Of a stretch of 64,000 bases of DNA, positions 11,006 to 22,866 are shown piece after piece. Origin of the DNA: Elsinoe ampelina (taxonomy: Eukaryota); the NCBI GenBank assembly GCA_010093995.1, contig ML992501.1, positions 2,747,194 to 2,811,193 on the forward strand, written 5' to 3'. The first letter of the stretch is position 1. Every line of letters starts with the position of its first letter. Both the position numbers and the translations under genes were made by a program. The notes beneath the pieces were generated by a model. The model made no database searches. It worked only from the letters and a program-made list of their open reading frames with translations, and was not told the DNA's origin.

Positions 11006-13097
11006 TTAGTAGACGTCTTCCACGGCAAGTGTCAAGATGTATCCATCATCTGCACTACCACCACACAAGAGTGCCACGGCGTCATCAAACGTCGGGTTGA
11101 AGAGGAACAGTAAGGGGTTGCCCGAGCCGGGCTTACAGGCCACCCAAACGCTTAGAGCACTCGTTGAGCCTCTGCAGGTGAAGATGCCCTCGGCTGATCG
11201 TTTGCAGGTAGCAAACTCGGTGTCCTCCCCAGTCTCGGCCCTACTTTGGAAGGCAGTGGCGCCGTACAAGTTGTCCAACCCCACAACAGCCTTTTTGCCA
11301 TTTGTGTTGCTTACTACTCCGTACTTGTCAGTGGCGTCGAAATGGTAGATGAACGCATCCGATTGTTGCCCGTTCAGGCTGTAGGCGTCCAACATATTGT
11401 TGGGGTCCGAACCGGCGTACTTGATGTACAAACCTGATGCGGCAGGCGGTGCTACAGCTTTGACTCTGAAGCCAGTGGGTGTGACATTGACAACGGTCGA
11501 CTGTGTAAGTGTGACAGTTGCGACGGTAGTCTCAGAGGAGACGGTGGTCGTCCACGGAGTAGCCTGGAGACTACAAGCGGAAGTTTGGACTGGTAGTGGA
11601 TATTTTGTGAGTACATCTGGCGTCTTTGCAGCTTGCCTTTTCTTTACAGCCGGCGTCGTTTGTGCTGAGATTGCAATTGGCCAGACTTTGTTGTTGATAG
11701 GCACAGCTGTGGGTGTAGCGTCCCTTCGCAGGACTGGAGCTCCTGGTACATTACTGCTGACCGTCTTCGTTTCGGTAATTGTCGCAGTAACACCATTGTA
11801 CACAATTTTGGTAGCTGCGGGCTTGTCGTAGCCAAGAAGAGTCGAGCAGTATGGCTGAAGTGTATGCCACGAGACATCTTTCGACATCTGTCGGACCGCA
11901 CAGTCCTTGCAAGCTGCGCCAGGATTCATCTTGTTGCTAACCGAGTACGAATTCAGAATGAGAAAGCGGTCGTAGCCACGAGTCTGACCCTTGTTGACAG
12001 CGTACTTGTCTGACCAGGTCTGACTGTACATTGCACAATATTGGCCTTGTGCGTTGGATGACTCGTTGATGTACAAGATGTAAGTGTTGAAGAATTGACA
12101 TGTGGTTACAGGAGTGCCATCTGTCGGTGGATGCTCGAGGTTGTACTTTGACTTCAGATTGCATGCGTCTGCGCATAGCTTGATATCAAATGGACCAGAG
12201 TTGAAGAGGGCAACACCCATGTATGAGTCGAAGCCGAAGCTGTCGTAGGGAGCGTTGATGGCTGCGTTGTTGAGGAAGACTGGAGTGTTGTAGCCAGGGG
12301 GTGTGACGATAGAATTGTTCTGGTATCCATTACTGCCAGCAATGACGACTTGGAACTTGTTCCTCCATTGGCCATAGTTATTGGCGTTTTCGGCTGTGAC
12401 TGGTCCTCCCCAATACACACATTTGATGGCAGTCACACTGGTCAGACGTCAGATAAGAGGCTGGACTGCGATGGTTGACTTGCTTACCTGGTAGGGTTCG
12501 GGCAGGAATCCGCCGGCTCAACGCTGGGCAAGCGCTCGAAGTAGATGTTGAAGGACATACAGCCGTTGACCTTGGTGCATCTCCCGGCACAAGTGGTTAC
12601 ATCGTATGAGTCCAGCGTCGAATAGCCCATATAGCCGTAAGCGCTGCAGTCGTTAGCGGAGTCAATGGTGGAAACGGAGAAGAATGTACTGACTTGTTGG
12701 ATGCATTCAGATTCTTGAACGTCTGTGTATATCCGGAGGGCGTTACAGCTCCATTGGCGACGTTCGAGAAGTCTACAGAGGCCTTGAAAGAACCAGCGTC
12801 GTCAGCCACAGCAGGAGCATTCTTCGCTCCAGCTGGCTGTTTCTGGCAGGCAAGTCGCTTCTTCAAGGTCGAACCGGGACCTTCTGCATGCACATCTTGA
12901 GTGATCTGCGGGATAGCGTTTTGGATTACGGACGTCGGATCATATTTGACGACTTGCACAGTCGCCGTCAAGTCGACAGAGGAGCTGGGATTGGGTAGAG
13001 CGTAGACGAGGTCGAATTCAATGTCTTGAGGAGCCGGCGCTGGAGCGGCTAGAGCTAGAGCGATGAGCGCCGTTAGTGCTAAGGCAGGGTGGTGCAT
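11006..13097 (-). CDS. Secreted Cys-rich carbohydrate-binding-like (PAN/apple-like) protein with Thr-rich stalk; exons 13097-12694, 12643-12488, 12437-11006
   Basis: Signal peptide MHHPALALTALIALALA; two 50-nt introns (12693-12644, 12487-12438) join NLNASN|NAYGYMG..CAGRC..CMSFNIYFER..CPNPTS|VTAIKCVYWG..GQWRNKFQVVIAGSNGY; second C-x3-C..CQFFNTY module; KR/RR sites. Start could be 13118. Confidence 0.82.
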
Positions 13098-14263
13098 CTT
13101 CACGGATTGCAAGGCCATGTACGAGTCAAAGTGAGCGACTTTAGTCGGACCTGTCGTTGTACTTATTCCTCATGATGAACCTACCACATGCCAAACACCA
13201 AGTCAAACCTCAGCCCCTGCCTATGCCGCACGATTCAATGGACTTGCTGACAAGAGAACTAGCGGCACCAGTGGTGAGCACAAACAAGCTGAGGCTGGTA
13301 TCAAAAAGTCGATGGGTCTTGTGAGATCTCCAGGGGGCTGCGGGACGCGCTCTTCTGAGACATGCCGGACAGGCAATTTGGAGCACCAGCAGCTTCGGTT
13401 GTGGCGAGACTGGCTGAATATTGGAATCTCAGCCGCCCTTGGTAAGACTTAGGGAAGGACCAAGGCAATCCAGCTTGCGAGGAGGCATCCCTGTCTGTCA
13501 TTTTTGGCAGGCTAGCCATAGGGTCTGTCACTGTCTTGATAACTGACGAGCAGTTCTGTGCTCTTGGAGGTTTCATCCTGTCGCCACCTCACAGCAGAAT
13601 CAAATGCGCTGGAGGTCATCGATAAGCGTTTAGGTCATTCCCTATACTTATTGCTGTGAGATGGTAATTCGATGAGACCGGCTGTCGATGTTTTGGGATG
13701 AGCACCACCGGAGACCCTGTTGCAGCTCATCTGAGACATCATCATAGTCGGTAAAGAGAGGCTCTCAAGGCGGAATCAGGTGCATGAATCTGCAGGCAGG
13801 AAGAGCCAGTCGGAACCCAAAATCGAAGTGGAATTGATGGTTGCGGATCTACGATGCTGGATGAAAGGGGGTGTTCATATTCGGGCAACGTGATTGCCGA
13901 GGTAAAGACTCTCTCTACTTTCAAACTCTCCTGTTCAACAATCTCATTCATCGGAACCTCAATGACAAAGCAATCCGGAGGTTCGCACAGACTGCGAACG
14001 AGAGATGCAGCCAACACCGCTTCATCAGAAGATGGGGTTTCTCGCCGTAGGTCATGTAGCGGAAGTCGGCATGATCGATGATTGAGCACGCCTGAGGTCC
14101 AGCAACCCCCGCACCGATCTGCAAGATAGATCCCACTCATATAGGACGTGGTGTCCATCATTCTTGTCTTTCAACTCTCTTTACGCTGTCATTGTCCACG
14201 ATCGAGGCGACTGGCTGGAGGACATTTTGGACCCCCGGACCCGCCGTCTATCAACGACTAACA

Positions 14264-15683
14264 ATGGATTACGATAAGAGCCCCGTCGGCGGATCTCCTG
14301 AAGCAGAAGCATATCCGCATGAGACTACCAGTGATGCTCCTGATCGAGGCCGTCTTCGTGTTGCTGGCCCAAAGATCGATACTGCAGCGCTCGGCCAGCC
14401 GTTGACATTTGCCTTCAGTGGCCGCAGCGCTCCAAACAGATTTCTGAAGGCGCCCATGACCGAGCGTCTCTGCACTTGGAACATCGATTCCGAAGATGTC
14501 ACGGTTCGAGGCGTTCCAACCCCTGAACTGATCAATCTCTACAAGCGCTGGGGTGAGGGAGGCATTGGTGTGATCGTGATGGGCAACACCATGATCTCCT
14601 AACACTGCAGTCGAGGCATTCGGTAATCCAATACTGGTTGATGACCATGATGGTCGACTTGAACAGTACAGAGATCTGGTAGCTGCTGCTAAGGCTCATG
14701 GTAGCTTGTTTGTTTGCCAGCTTTCCCATCCTGGTCGACAGGGAGGTGCAGCTTTGAATCCGGAACCAGTCTCCGCCTCCGATATGCATCTCAATATCGC
14801 TTGGGCCGGAAACAGCTTCAATAAGCCACGTGCGCTGACTGTAGCTGAGATCAAGGACTTGGTCAAAGCATGGGGCGAAACAGCACGCCTTTGCTACGAA
14901 GCAGGATTCGATGGTGTGCAAGTCCACTGTGCTCACGGATATCTTTTGGCTCAATTCTTATCGCTAACCACCAACAAGCGCCATGACGAGTACGGTGGAC
15001 CTCTGGATAATCGAGCACGGTTTCTCTTCGAAGTCATCCAGGAGATCAAGCAGGTCGTCCCTGATAGAAAATTCATCATCTGTGTCAAAATCAACAGTGT
15101 TGAGTTTCAAGCTGGTGGGACACAACCGGAGGATTGTTTGAAGCTATGCCAGAAGCTGGAAGAGCTTGAAGTGGACTTTGTTGATCTCTCTGGTGGCACA
15201 TTCGAGGGCAGAGCTTTCGAACACAAGAAGGAAAGCACCAAGAAGAGAGAAGCCTACTTCATCGAATTTGCCGAGATGATCAGACCAAACCTCAAGAAGA
15301 CCAAAGTTTACGTCACTGGCGGCTTCCGGACAGCCCATGGCATGGTGAAAGCGATTGAGGAAGAAGCATGTGACGGTGTGGGCATCGGGCGACCTCTGGC
15401 TGCGGAGCCATATTTCTGTAAGGAATTGCTCGACGGTCGGATCACTGGCGCAATCGATAGCTTGGTCCCTCTACCTCAGAACACGCAGTCTAGCGGTAGC
15501 CTACTTCATCAGATTGGTAGGGGTCATGAGGTGCTAAGCGACTTCAGCGTCCAAGAAGAAGTCGATAGATGGCTCGAGGAGTTCCACAAAGAAACAGATC
15601 GGAAGAAGAGCATACTTCCTAAGGTTGACAGTTCCGGTTATCCGCAAGTCAAGGCAAAATCAGGCTTTGCATACTTAGCATGA
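14264..15683 (+). pseudogene. NADH:flavin oxidoreductase (Old Yellow Enzyme family) with an apparent 1-bp insertion at ~14601 (pseudogene or assembly error)
   Basis: APNRFLKAPMTE, QLSHPGRQ, AGFDGVQVHCAHGYLLAQFLS, DEYGG..NRARF, GGFRT, GIGRP motifs; the halves are out of frame at ATC TCC TAAC ACT GCA, and removing one A gives MISYTAVEAFGNP. Confidence 0.8.
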
Positions 15684-15901
15684 GGGAATTGGCTTACTGA
15701 CAGAGCGCTCGAGATCCATGGCATGGTCTCATGTGACAGAGGTCAATTCACGCAGAACGCCACCCGTACAATCTCCACTTTTTCATCACGAATTCACTTC
15801 TTTGCTTCACCTCGACATCGATACCTCCGCATTCAATCGCCGCGTTTGTTCAAGGCAACCCTCACAGCCCACGCACGTTCTCGCCAATAAGTTGATCTAC
15901 C

Positions 15902-16824
15902 ATGGAGACGATCGTGCTGTATGAAGGCGGAGACGTCATCATCTTACCAGGCGAGTCGCCGACAAAGCAATACCAAGTCCAGTCGCACTGTTTGGCCAAT
16001 GCTTCAGTAGTCTTCAAAGCTATGTTGTTCGGCGAATTCTGCGAAGGCGGACCACGATCTTCTAGTTCTCCCATGAAGATTTGCCTCAAGCATGATGACG
16101 CCAAAGCCACTGGCATCTTACTTGCAGTCGTCCATTACAAGCAATCGGAGGATCCTCCTTTTCATGATGCGGAGGAGGCTTACCATCTGGCGCAGCTATG
16201 CGACAAATACAACTGCATTGTTCCACTCGGGCCATTAATGAGCCACTGGGTCGCTTCCTTCATAGGAAGCGTCCAGACAATGGAGTTCGAGCACATCTGT
16301 ATGCTCATTGCGGTAGCTGAATGGATGCGCAATCTCAAGGCATACACCAGTCTGACTCAACACCTCATCATGTCTCGGAATGTGTCGTTGACAGATCTTC
16401 TGACTCTCGGAGCCAGGATAATGAGCGAATTAACTCTGGGTGAGCATGGCATCGACTTCGTACGGCGATTTGCCAAGTACTGACTGCGACAGTCCACCTA
16501 TGTGCCCGCCGTGAGGAAGCGCGGAGCGAAATACGAAAGGCTATCGCCGTCCTCGCCTCCGACACTGGTGTCTGCTCTTGCAGATGTTCTTTGTCGGCTG
16601 AAGCCATCATGATCCACATCACATCTCTCGAACATTCCTCCGCGGACAGTGTGGCCAACTGCGTTAGGAGTCTGGTGCAAGCACTGAGCTTCCGAGACTT
16701 TACCGTTTGCGCCTCTCGGCACAATGCGTCACCATCAGTACTGATGGAGGAGAAGAAGCAAGTTGTTCTGCGTCGACTGCGACCAGAGGCAGAGTATTTC
16801 CAAGGTCTTGCATTAGGTCAATAA
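15902..16824 (+). CDS. BTB/POZ-domain protein 3; exons 15902-16439, 16493-16824 (~289 aa)
   Basis: GGDVII..LANASVVFKAML.GEFCE..CDKYNC; intron 16440-16492 GTGAGC..CTGAC..CAG, phase 1; CSCRC and DFTVCASRH in exon 2. Confidence 0.88.
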
Positions 16825-17485
16825 GAGGATGACGGGAGACCAAGGAAGTGTACAGTAATGGGTTGGGGCCGTTCAGAGCTCAGCGCCTACACTGAAGCGT
16901 CGCATCGGTCAGTGAATGCACCAACAGCAGGGGCGTTTGCTCAGACTATGAATGTGATCTGGGTTCAAGTATATCTCCTTTTTTCTCTCATTAGATTCCA
17001 CAGATCTTGCTGCGCCCTTTCACTCCCTTTCCACACAATTACCGCAATCAGTATTCTGCGATTCAATTGCTCCCCCTCTGTCAAGCACCGCGCATGTCAA
17101 TCGCCTCTAGCCCCTCACGGGTGCCAGCTGTGAGAAATCTTGGGATGTCTGACTATGCATGAAACAATCAGAGATCGACCTTCAATGTCGAAGTGATCAA
17201 GCCTTCGATTCGCCTGCCCAGCCATCCTATCAAAGATGCACTCAAGACTCACATGCCACGTTTTGGCACTTTCAGGCATGGAACCTGCGCTAAGACCCAC
17301 TATGGTTGGTGGCCTCCATCAGAGCATCGCAGCACTTCACGCTGGCCCGACTCTCACCTTCACTTTCACCTTCCTTCTCTTCACTTAGCGATCCGGCACA
17401 ACAAATCAAATCACCTTCGCAAGTGCACCCATTCACAGCGACCTGAGTAATTACATTGTCGCGAACCAAATCTGGTTGACACAAC

Positions 17486-18493
17486 ATGGCCGAAGAAGTT
17501 ATCTACGCAAACGGCGATGTCGTCCTCATCGCAACCAAAGACGATCGAACTATTCGATTCAGGGTCAATTCGGGCGTCCTCTCTTGCGCTTCAACTGTAT
17601 TCCGCGCAATGCTGGCAGGCCCATTTAGCGAAGTTCAGCAGCTAACCAGCAATGGTTCAGTCGAGGTGACCGTCCCCGACGACCCCACTATCCTCGGCCT
17701 TCTCCTCCGCTGCATGCACTTCAAGGCGGACATTCTACCGGAGGACATGGACTCAAAGGCGATACTGCAGCTTGCTATCGTAGGCGACAAGTACGATTGT
17801 CAACGACCTCTTGCTCTCCTCGCCAGTGATTGGGCTCAGTCCGTGCTCGAAAAATCGACCAGACTCAATGCGATCTGTCCCAATGGCCGGTCCGAGATGC
17901 TGACAAGCGCATATCTGATGCGGAACAAGGCGCTCTTCAAAGTCGCATCTGCAAAGCTCGTCGAGCTCGACGAAATTTCACAGACCACTGCTGGAGAGCA
18001 TTGTGCATTTTTGCCCGACTACGTCATTTGTGAGTTTCCAGGCTGCTCAGACAGTTACCTTAGCAATTTGGACGTAACAAATAACAGGATCTAACATTAC
18101 CCAGTCCATCTCGAAAGATCCAGAAATCGATTACTCAATACATATAGAAGATATTTCTTTGAGGCTGTGAATTTCAAATGTCGTCAAGGAGGCTCACACC
18201 GAGACATCGACTGGCTCCGGAGATACCTCAGGGAGCACTTCACATGGATGGAGGCTTGGACCGTTGCGCGAATGAAACAATGTCGCAATACGTTCCTTTG
18301 CGATGAACGGACAACAGCCAGCTGCTTCGTAAAGTGCAAGGAATGTGACCACTTCCAACTTCCGCAAGAGTTCGTTGACCACAAGGCATTAGAGGAGGTG
18401 GAGCAAGACCATGGCCTGTGTCTCGATTGCTGCGTCGCACAGACTGGTGATGCCTCAAGATGCAAAGGCGACTGTGTTAGATGGAAGACATGA
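17486..18493 (+). CDS. BTB/POZ-domain protein 4 with Cys-rich C-terminus; exons 17486-18029, 18105-18493 (~310 aa)
   Basis: NGDVVL..LSCASTVFRAML.GPFSE..GDKYDC; intron 18030-18104 GTGAGT..CTAAC..CAG. Confidence 0.9.
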
Positions 18494-18831
18494 TATAGCG
18501 CAAGACATCGAGAAAGAAGGTACGGGATGAGGACGGCGATGAAGTAGAAAAGATGGTTGTTTCAGGTGTCACAATCGGTTCGCTCTGAATGTGATCGCGG
18601 CGCGAGTAGCCCTGAGCCGACCAGGGCGTAGATAAACACAATTTGGCTCTGTGAGTACAGATGATCTTGTCGTAAAGAGTTTTGCATTTCGGGCATGTGA
18701 AAGTCGCGTCGCGCACTGATAGGCGCGATTGCTGCCTGAGGCAATCGACAAGCGCGACCAAAACAGCAGACCATCAACCACTTTCCTTTCACCCCACCTT
18801 TCCCTCCCACCTCCACTTCATACCAGCGAAA

Positions 18832-19880
18832 ATGCCTAACGAGACGATCTATCCGGACGGCGACGTCATCATTTCCGCCGGCGCAGATGACAATCTGTAC
18901 AATTTCCAGGTCAGCTCTGTCATCCTTACAACCGCCTCGCCTGTCTTCCGGGCAATGTACCTCAAATCAAATTTCACGGAGGGGCAAGATCTACTCATTC
19001 ACGGGACGTCATCACTACGATTCGAGGAAGATGTGGACGCTGTTCGGACTGTGCTACAATGTCTACATCACAACTTCGACCAGAGCCCGATCACGACTAC
19101 CGACGCTATGTTGAAGGTGGCCGTTCTGGCGGATAAGTACGACTGTATTCCACTAATCGCACATTTTGTACGAGAAAATTGCGAAAGGTTCATGCGCAGT
19201 CTCGGTACAAGTACAGAGGACGATTCGGACGCCGATGGGTGGATGGACGTACTCACGACGGCTTACCTCACAAGGATGATGGACATCTTCGAGCGATCCT
19301 CTCTGATTCTGGTCCAGCATTTTGTCGACAACTACCAGTCCATGCTAAAGGAGCGCCGGCAATGGGTTTCGGATTTCGTCATTCGTGAGTTCTTCCAGCT
19401 TGGCAACGCTACCGGCCCCTTCATCGAGCTCTGCTGACCAACACAGTATGGTTGGAGGTCAGTCGCAGCAATCAGAGGTCGATCTATCAAGCCTGGATCA
19501 TTTCCGCTCTCACTCTCAGATGCTTTTCCTTGGACGAAGGTCACCCTGCCTCCGAGGCCCTAAGGAGCAAAATCGAGCATCGATCGGATTGGCCCAAGCT
19601 ATGGACCATCGGAAAATACATCATGGTTCACCAAGAGTTCTCCCAAAAAGCAATGGAATTTGCGAAGGACTATTGCGAAGGGTGCGACGGACCAGCCGCT
19701 GACGTTCCTCTCATGGGTAGCGACACGATCGCACCTGCTCAGCGATGGACTGGGCTCTGTCTGAAGTGCTGCCTCAGGCGTGATGGGGATCCGTACGACT
19801 GTGAAGGCGGTTGCGAGGATCCCAAAGTGGAGAGCGAAGTTGAAGAGGAAGCTGACACGGAGATGGAAGAGAAATCGTAG
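18832..19880 (+). CDS. BTB/POZ-domain protein 5 with Cys-rich C-terminus; exons 18832-19384, 19447-19880 (~328 aa)
   Basis: PDGDVII..LTTASPVFRAM..NFTEG..ADKYDC; intron 19385-19446 GTGAGT..CTGAC..CAG. Confidence 0.9.
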
Positions 19881-20137
19881 ATGAGCAATACCGCGTGGTC
19901 ATCTAGGTTGGTCAGGACTAGTAAAAGTGCAATCCCGCCGCGGGTGGTTGATTTGGGAGAAGAAGTATAATAATATAGAATGGCTCCAATAATTGATTTC
20001 ACAGAGTATGACTCGACTTGGAATTCCAGAAGTGTTCCATAATCATCAACATGTGAAGGTCACATGCTCTGAGAAGTCACAACGCGTCGCATCTCCGACA
20101 CTTTCCTTTCCCGCACCTCGAAGTTACATAAAACCCG

Positions 20138-21127
20138 ATGGAAGAATACATCATCGTCGAAGACGGCGATACCGTCCTTGTTGCTCAGGGGGTCGACACA
20201 GAAGTCGCCTTCTGCGTAAGCTCGACCACACTGAAGGCCAGATGTTCCAGTCTCTACTCACATTCGCTGACCCGTTCGAAACACTCTCAATCACCACATC
20301 GGCTTCCTGATGATCCAGAGCTACTCCGTACGTTACTCCACTGCATCCACGACACAAGATACTCGTTCACGCTCCAGGTCGATACCAAAGAATTGCTGCA
20401 GCTCATACTGCTGGCCGACAAGTATGATTGTATACCGACACTGCATACCTTCATCCTTGATCAGCATGACAACTACATGCGTCGGAACAAGAACAGCAAA
20501 CACGACAAAATCGAATCCCTGCTCGATCTCCTGAACGTTGGCTACCTGTCCGGACACGCAGAAGTTTTCAGCAGCTGCACCAGAACGCTAGTCGCGACGC
20601 AGGTGAAAGGATACCATGAGCTATGCAGATCCTCCGGACCACGCATCCCAGATTTCGTCCTCTGTAAGATCACCTCCACTCATCTTTGTGACTACATTGC
20701 TGACCCTGACGCAGTATGGCTCGAAATCGCCCGAACCCGTCTACGTGAAGCCTACCAGATCATCATCCTACAAGCACTTCATCTCGGCTGCCGCAACGTT
20801 CTCGATGAATGCGAGCCGATTGGTGGATTGAACGAAACACTGGAAGATCACTTTGACTGGATGTCATCTTGGTCTTTCGAGCACATGGCGGCAAAGCACG
20901 CAGCATTCGTCACTGAGGCAGAGCAAGACGCCTCAAGATGCGATGATTGTAGTTTATTGTTCATGCCGGCACATGTCATGTCCAACGACGAGCTTGAGGC
21001 TGCGAAGGCGTGGAAGGGACTCTGTGTGCTGTGCTGTCATGCAAGAGCAAGGGACCCTTTCGAGTGTGACGGGAAGTGCGAGGACAAACCATCAGGGGTC
21101 GAGGAGGGGGTGGATCAGGGAGAGTGA
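20138..21127 (+). CDS. BTB/POZ-domain protein 6 (divergent BTB core) with Cys-rich C-terminus; exons 20138-20663, 20715-21127 (~312 aa)
   Basis: EDGDTVL..DDPELL..ADKYDC; 51-nt in-frame intron 20664-20714 GTAAGA..CTGAC..CAG at the family-conserved position. Confidence 0.87.
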   Translation: MEEYIIVEDGDTVLVAQGVDTEVAFCVSSTTLKARCSSLYSHSLTRSKHSQSPHRLPDDPELLRTLLHCIHDTRYSFTLQVDTKELLQLILLADKYDCIPTLHTFILDQHDNYMRRNKNSKHDKIESLLDLLNVGYLSGHAEVFSSCTRTLVATQVKGYHELCRSSGPRIPDFVLCKITSTHLCDYIADPDAVWLEIARTRLREAYQIIILQALHLGCRNVLDECEPIGGLNETLEDHFDWMSSWSFEHMAAKHAAFVTEAEQDASRCDDCSLLFMPAHVMSNDELEAAKAWKGLCVLCCHARARDPFECDGKCEDKPSGVEEGVDQGE

Positions 21128-21459
21128 TCTTTGATGAGCAACGGGGGCGGAGAAATGCCTGATGGGACAGCACACGTCGGTATGTTGCTTACAGTATTTC
21201 ATAAACGCTTCAATTGTTTGCCACCAATACTGCAAATCTAATGCATGCATGTCTCTGATCTCGCTCACCGCCTGGTAGTTTCTCTCATGCTTCTGTGTGC
21301 TGGCGTTTGTCCCACTAAGCTCTCGTTTGTCTACCCCTCTTGACGACAGACCATTCAAAATCAGATCTTTTCCCACAAACATCCTCTCTCTACTCATCTC
21401 TTGAACTTGCGAAGTCTCTTCATCACTCTATACTCTTCTTCACCGGCCCAAATTACACG

Positions 21460-22481
21460 ATGGACGAAGAGATCATCTGTCCCGATGGGGACCTCATCCT
21501 CACTGTCGGTACATCCGCGAAGAAAACCCATCGCTTCCTTGTGAGTGCGACCGCACTGAAACTTGCTTCACCTTACTTCAAATCACTGCTGTCCGGCAAA
21601 TGGAAGGAAGGTCATGGCACGCAGGGCATCCACCTCAAGGAAAAAGTCGACAGTATCCGTATGATGCTCTTCTGTATTCATCACCAGTATGACAAGATCG
21701 GCTTCGCACAAGACGATGCCCATCAGATCCACATACTGGTCATGTTTGCGGACAAGTACCAGTGTCAAGGCTGCGTCGCGAACGTGGTCTCCGAAGCTTG
21801 CTGGAGGCTTATGAAGAGGAATGCCAACGACGGAAAGGAAAGCAACAAACCGACACAAGCATTGGACTGGATCAGGATTCTAGGCGCGGCACATCTTCTC
21901 AATCTGGCTCCCGTGTTCGCAGAGGCATCGAGATTGCTGGTTGAGTACTTCCCTTATGACTTCCAGATGCTGTCGCAGCTGCAGCGTACACTACCAGACT
22001 TCATCACATGTAAGTCGGCAAAGGATGAACATGAAAGCAAGCAACTGCTGACCAGAAAGTGTCCCTCGAGAAATCCCGCACTCGTATCAGAAGCGCCTAT
22101 CACGAATACTTGGTTCGCGCCATCGATGTCTCCTGCGACGACCAGAGCCATGAATACCAACGAGATCTACGTCAGCACCTCGGTGAGAATACGGGATGGG
22201 TCACGACGTGGACTGTGAACGAATTGAAGGAAGAGAGGGCAACAATCATCAGTGATATCCAAGACGGGACCATCGTTTTCGGAAAGTGTGATACTTGTGG
22301 CGGAGACCACTTCCCAAGCAACCTGGTCTTCGACGACGGTGTGGCAGAAGTGGAAGGATGGAAGGGCTTGTGCTTGAGGTGTTGCGTGGCCAGGAGGTCC
22401 GATCCTTTCGACTGCAAAGGCGATTGTGATCACGACCGATGGCCTTTGCTGGTCTGTGATGGCGATTCGGCGCTTGGATGA
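21460..22481 (+). CDS. BTB/POZ-domain protein 7 with Cys-rich C-terminus; exons 21460-22009, 22060-22481 (~323 aa)
   Basis: PDGDLIL..FLVSATALKLASPYFKSLLSGKWKEG..ADKYQC; intron 22010-22059 GTAAGT..CTGAC..AAG. Confidence 0.9.
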
Positions 22482-22866
22482 TTGACGTGCATTGTCCCAT
22501 GAGAAGTTATTGAGATCATGAGCTCCCAGCAGTCGAAGAGCTTTTCGAGGTCAGCCTTTCCTTATGAGAGTTCAGTATCACCTTGACCCAAACAAACAAA
22601 CTCGTTCATCGAAAAAGCGCTTTCAACTCCTCTTGTGCTCCCGTTCCCTTGCATGGTGGATAGCTCAATCTGAGTCTTCCATTCATTGGCTCAAATCAGC
22701 GTTTGTACCACCACCCCGCCACGTCCGGAGTCAGAGTAACAGAGCTGCACAAGCAACAGGACAGCTCGCTACACTCGACAAGTATGACCGTCAATCATCA
22801 AAGTCGGATCTCGTCTTTTTTGCAAAGCCAGATCATATTCGAAGACAAGGCGAAGAGCAGCCCGCA

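Noticed and set aside
13301..14161. Short ORFs between the secreted protein and the oxidoreductase
   Set aside because: No recognisable product; consistent with a divergent intergenic region
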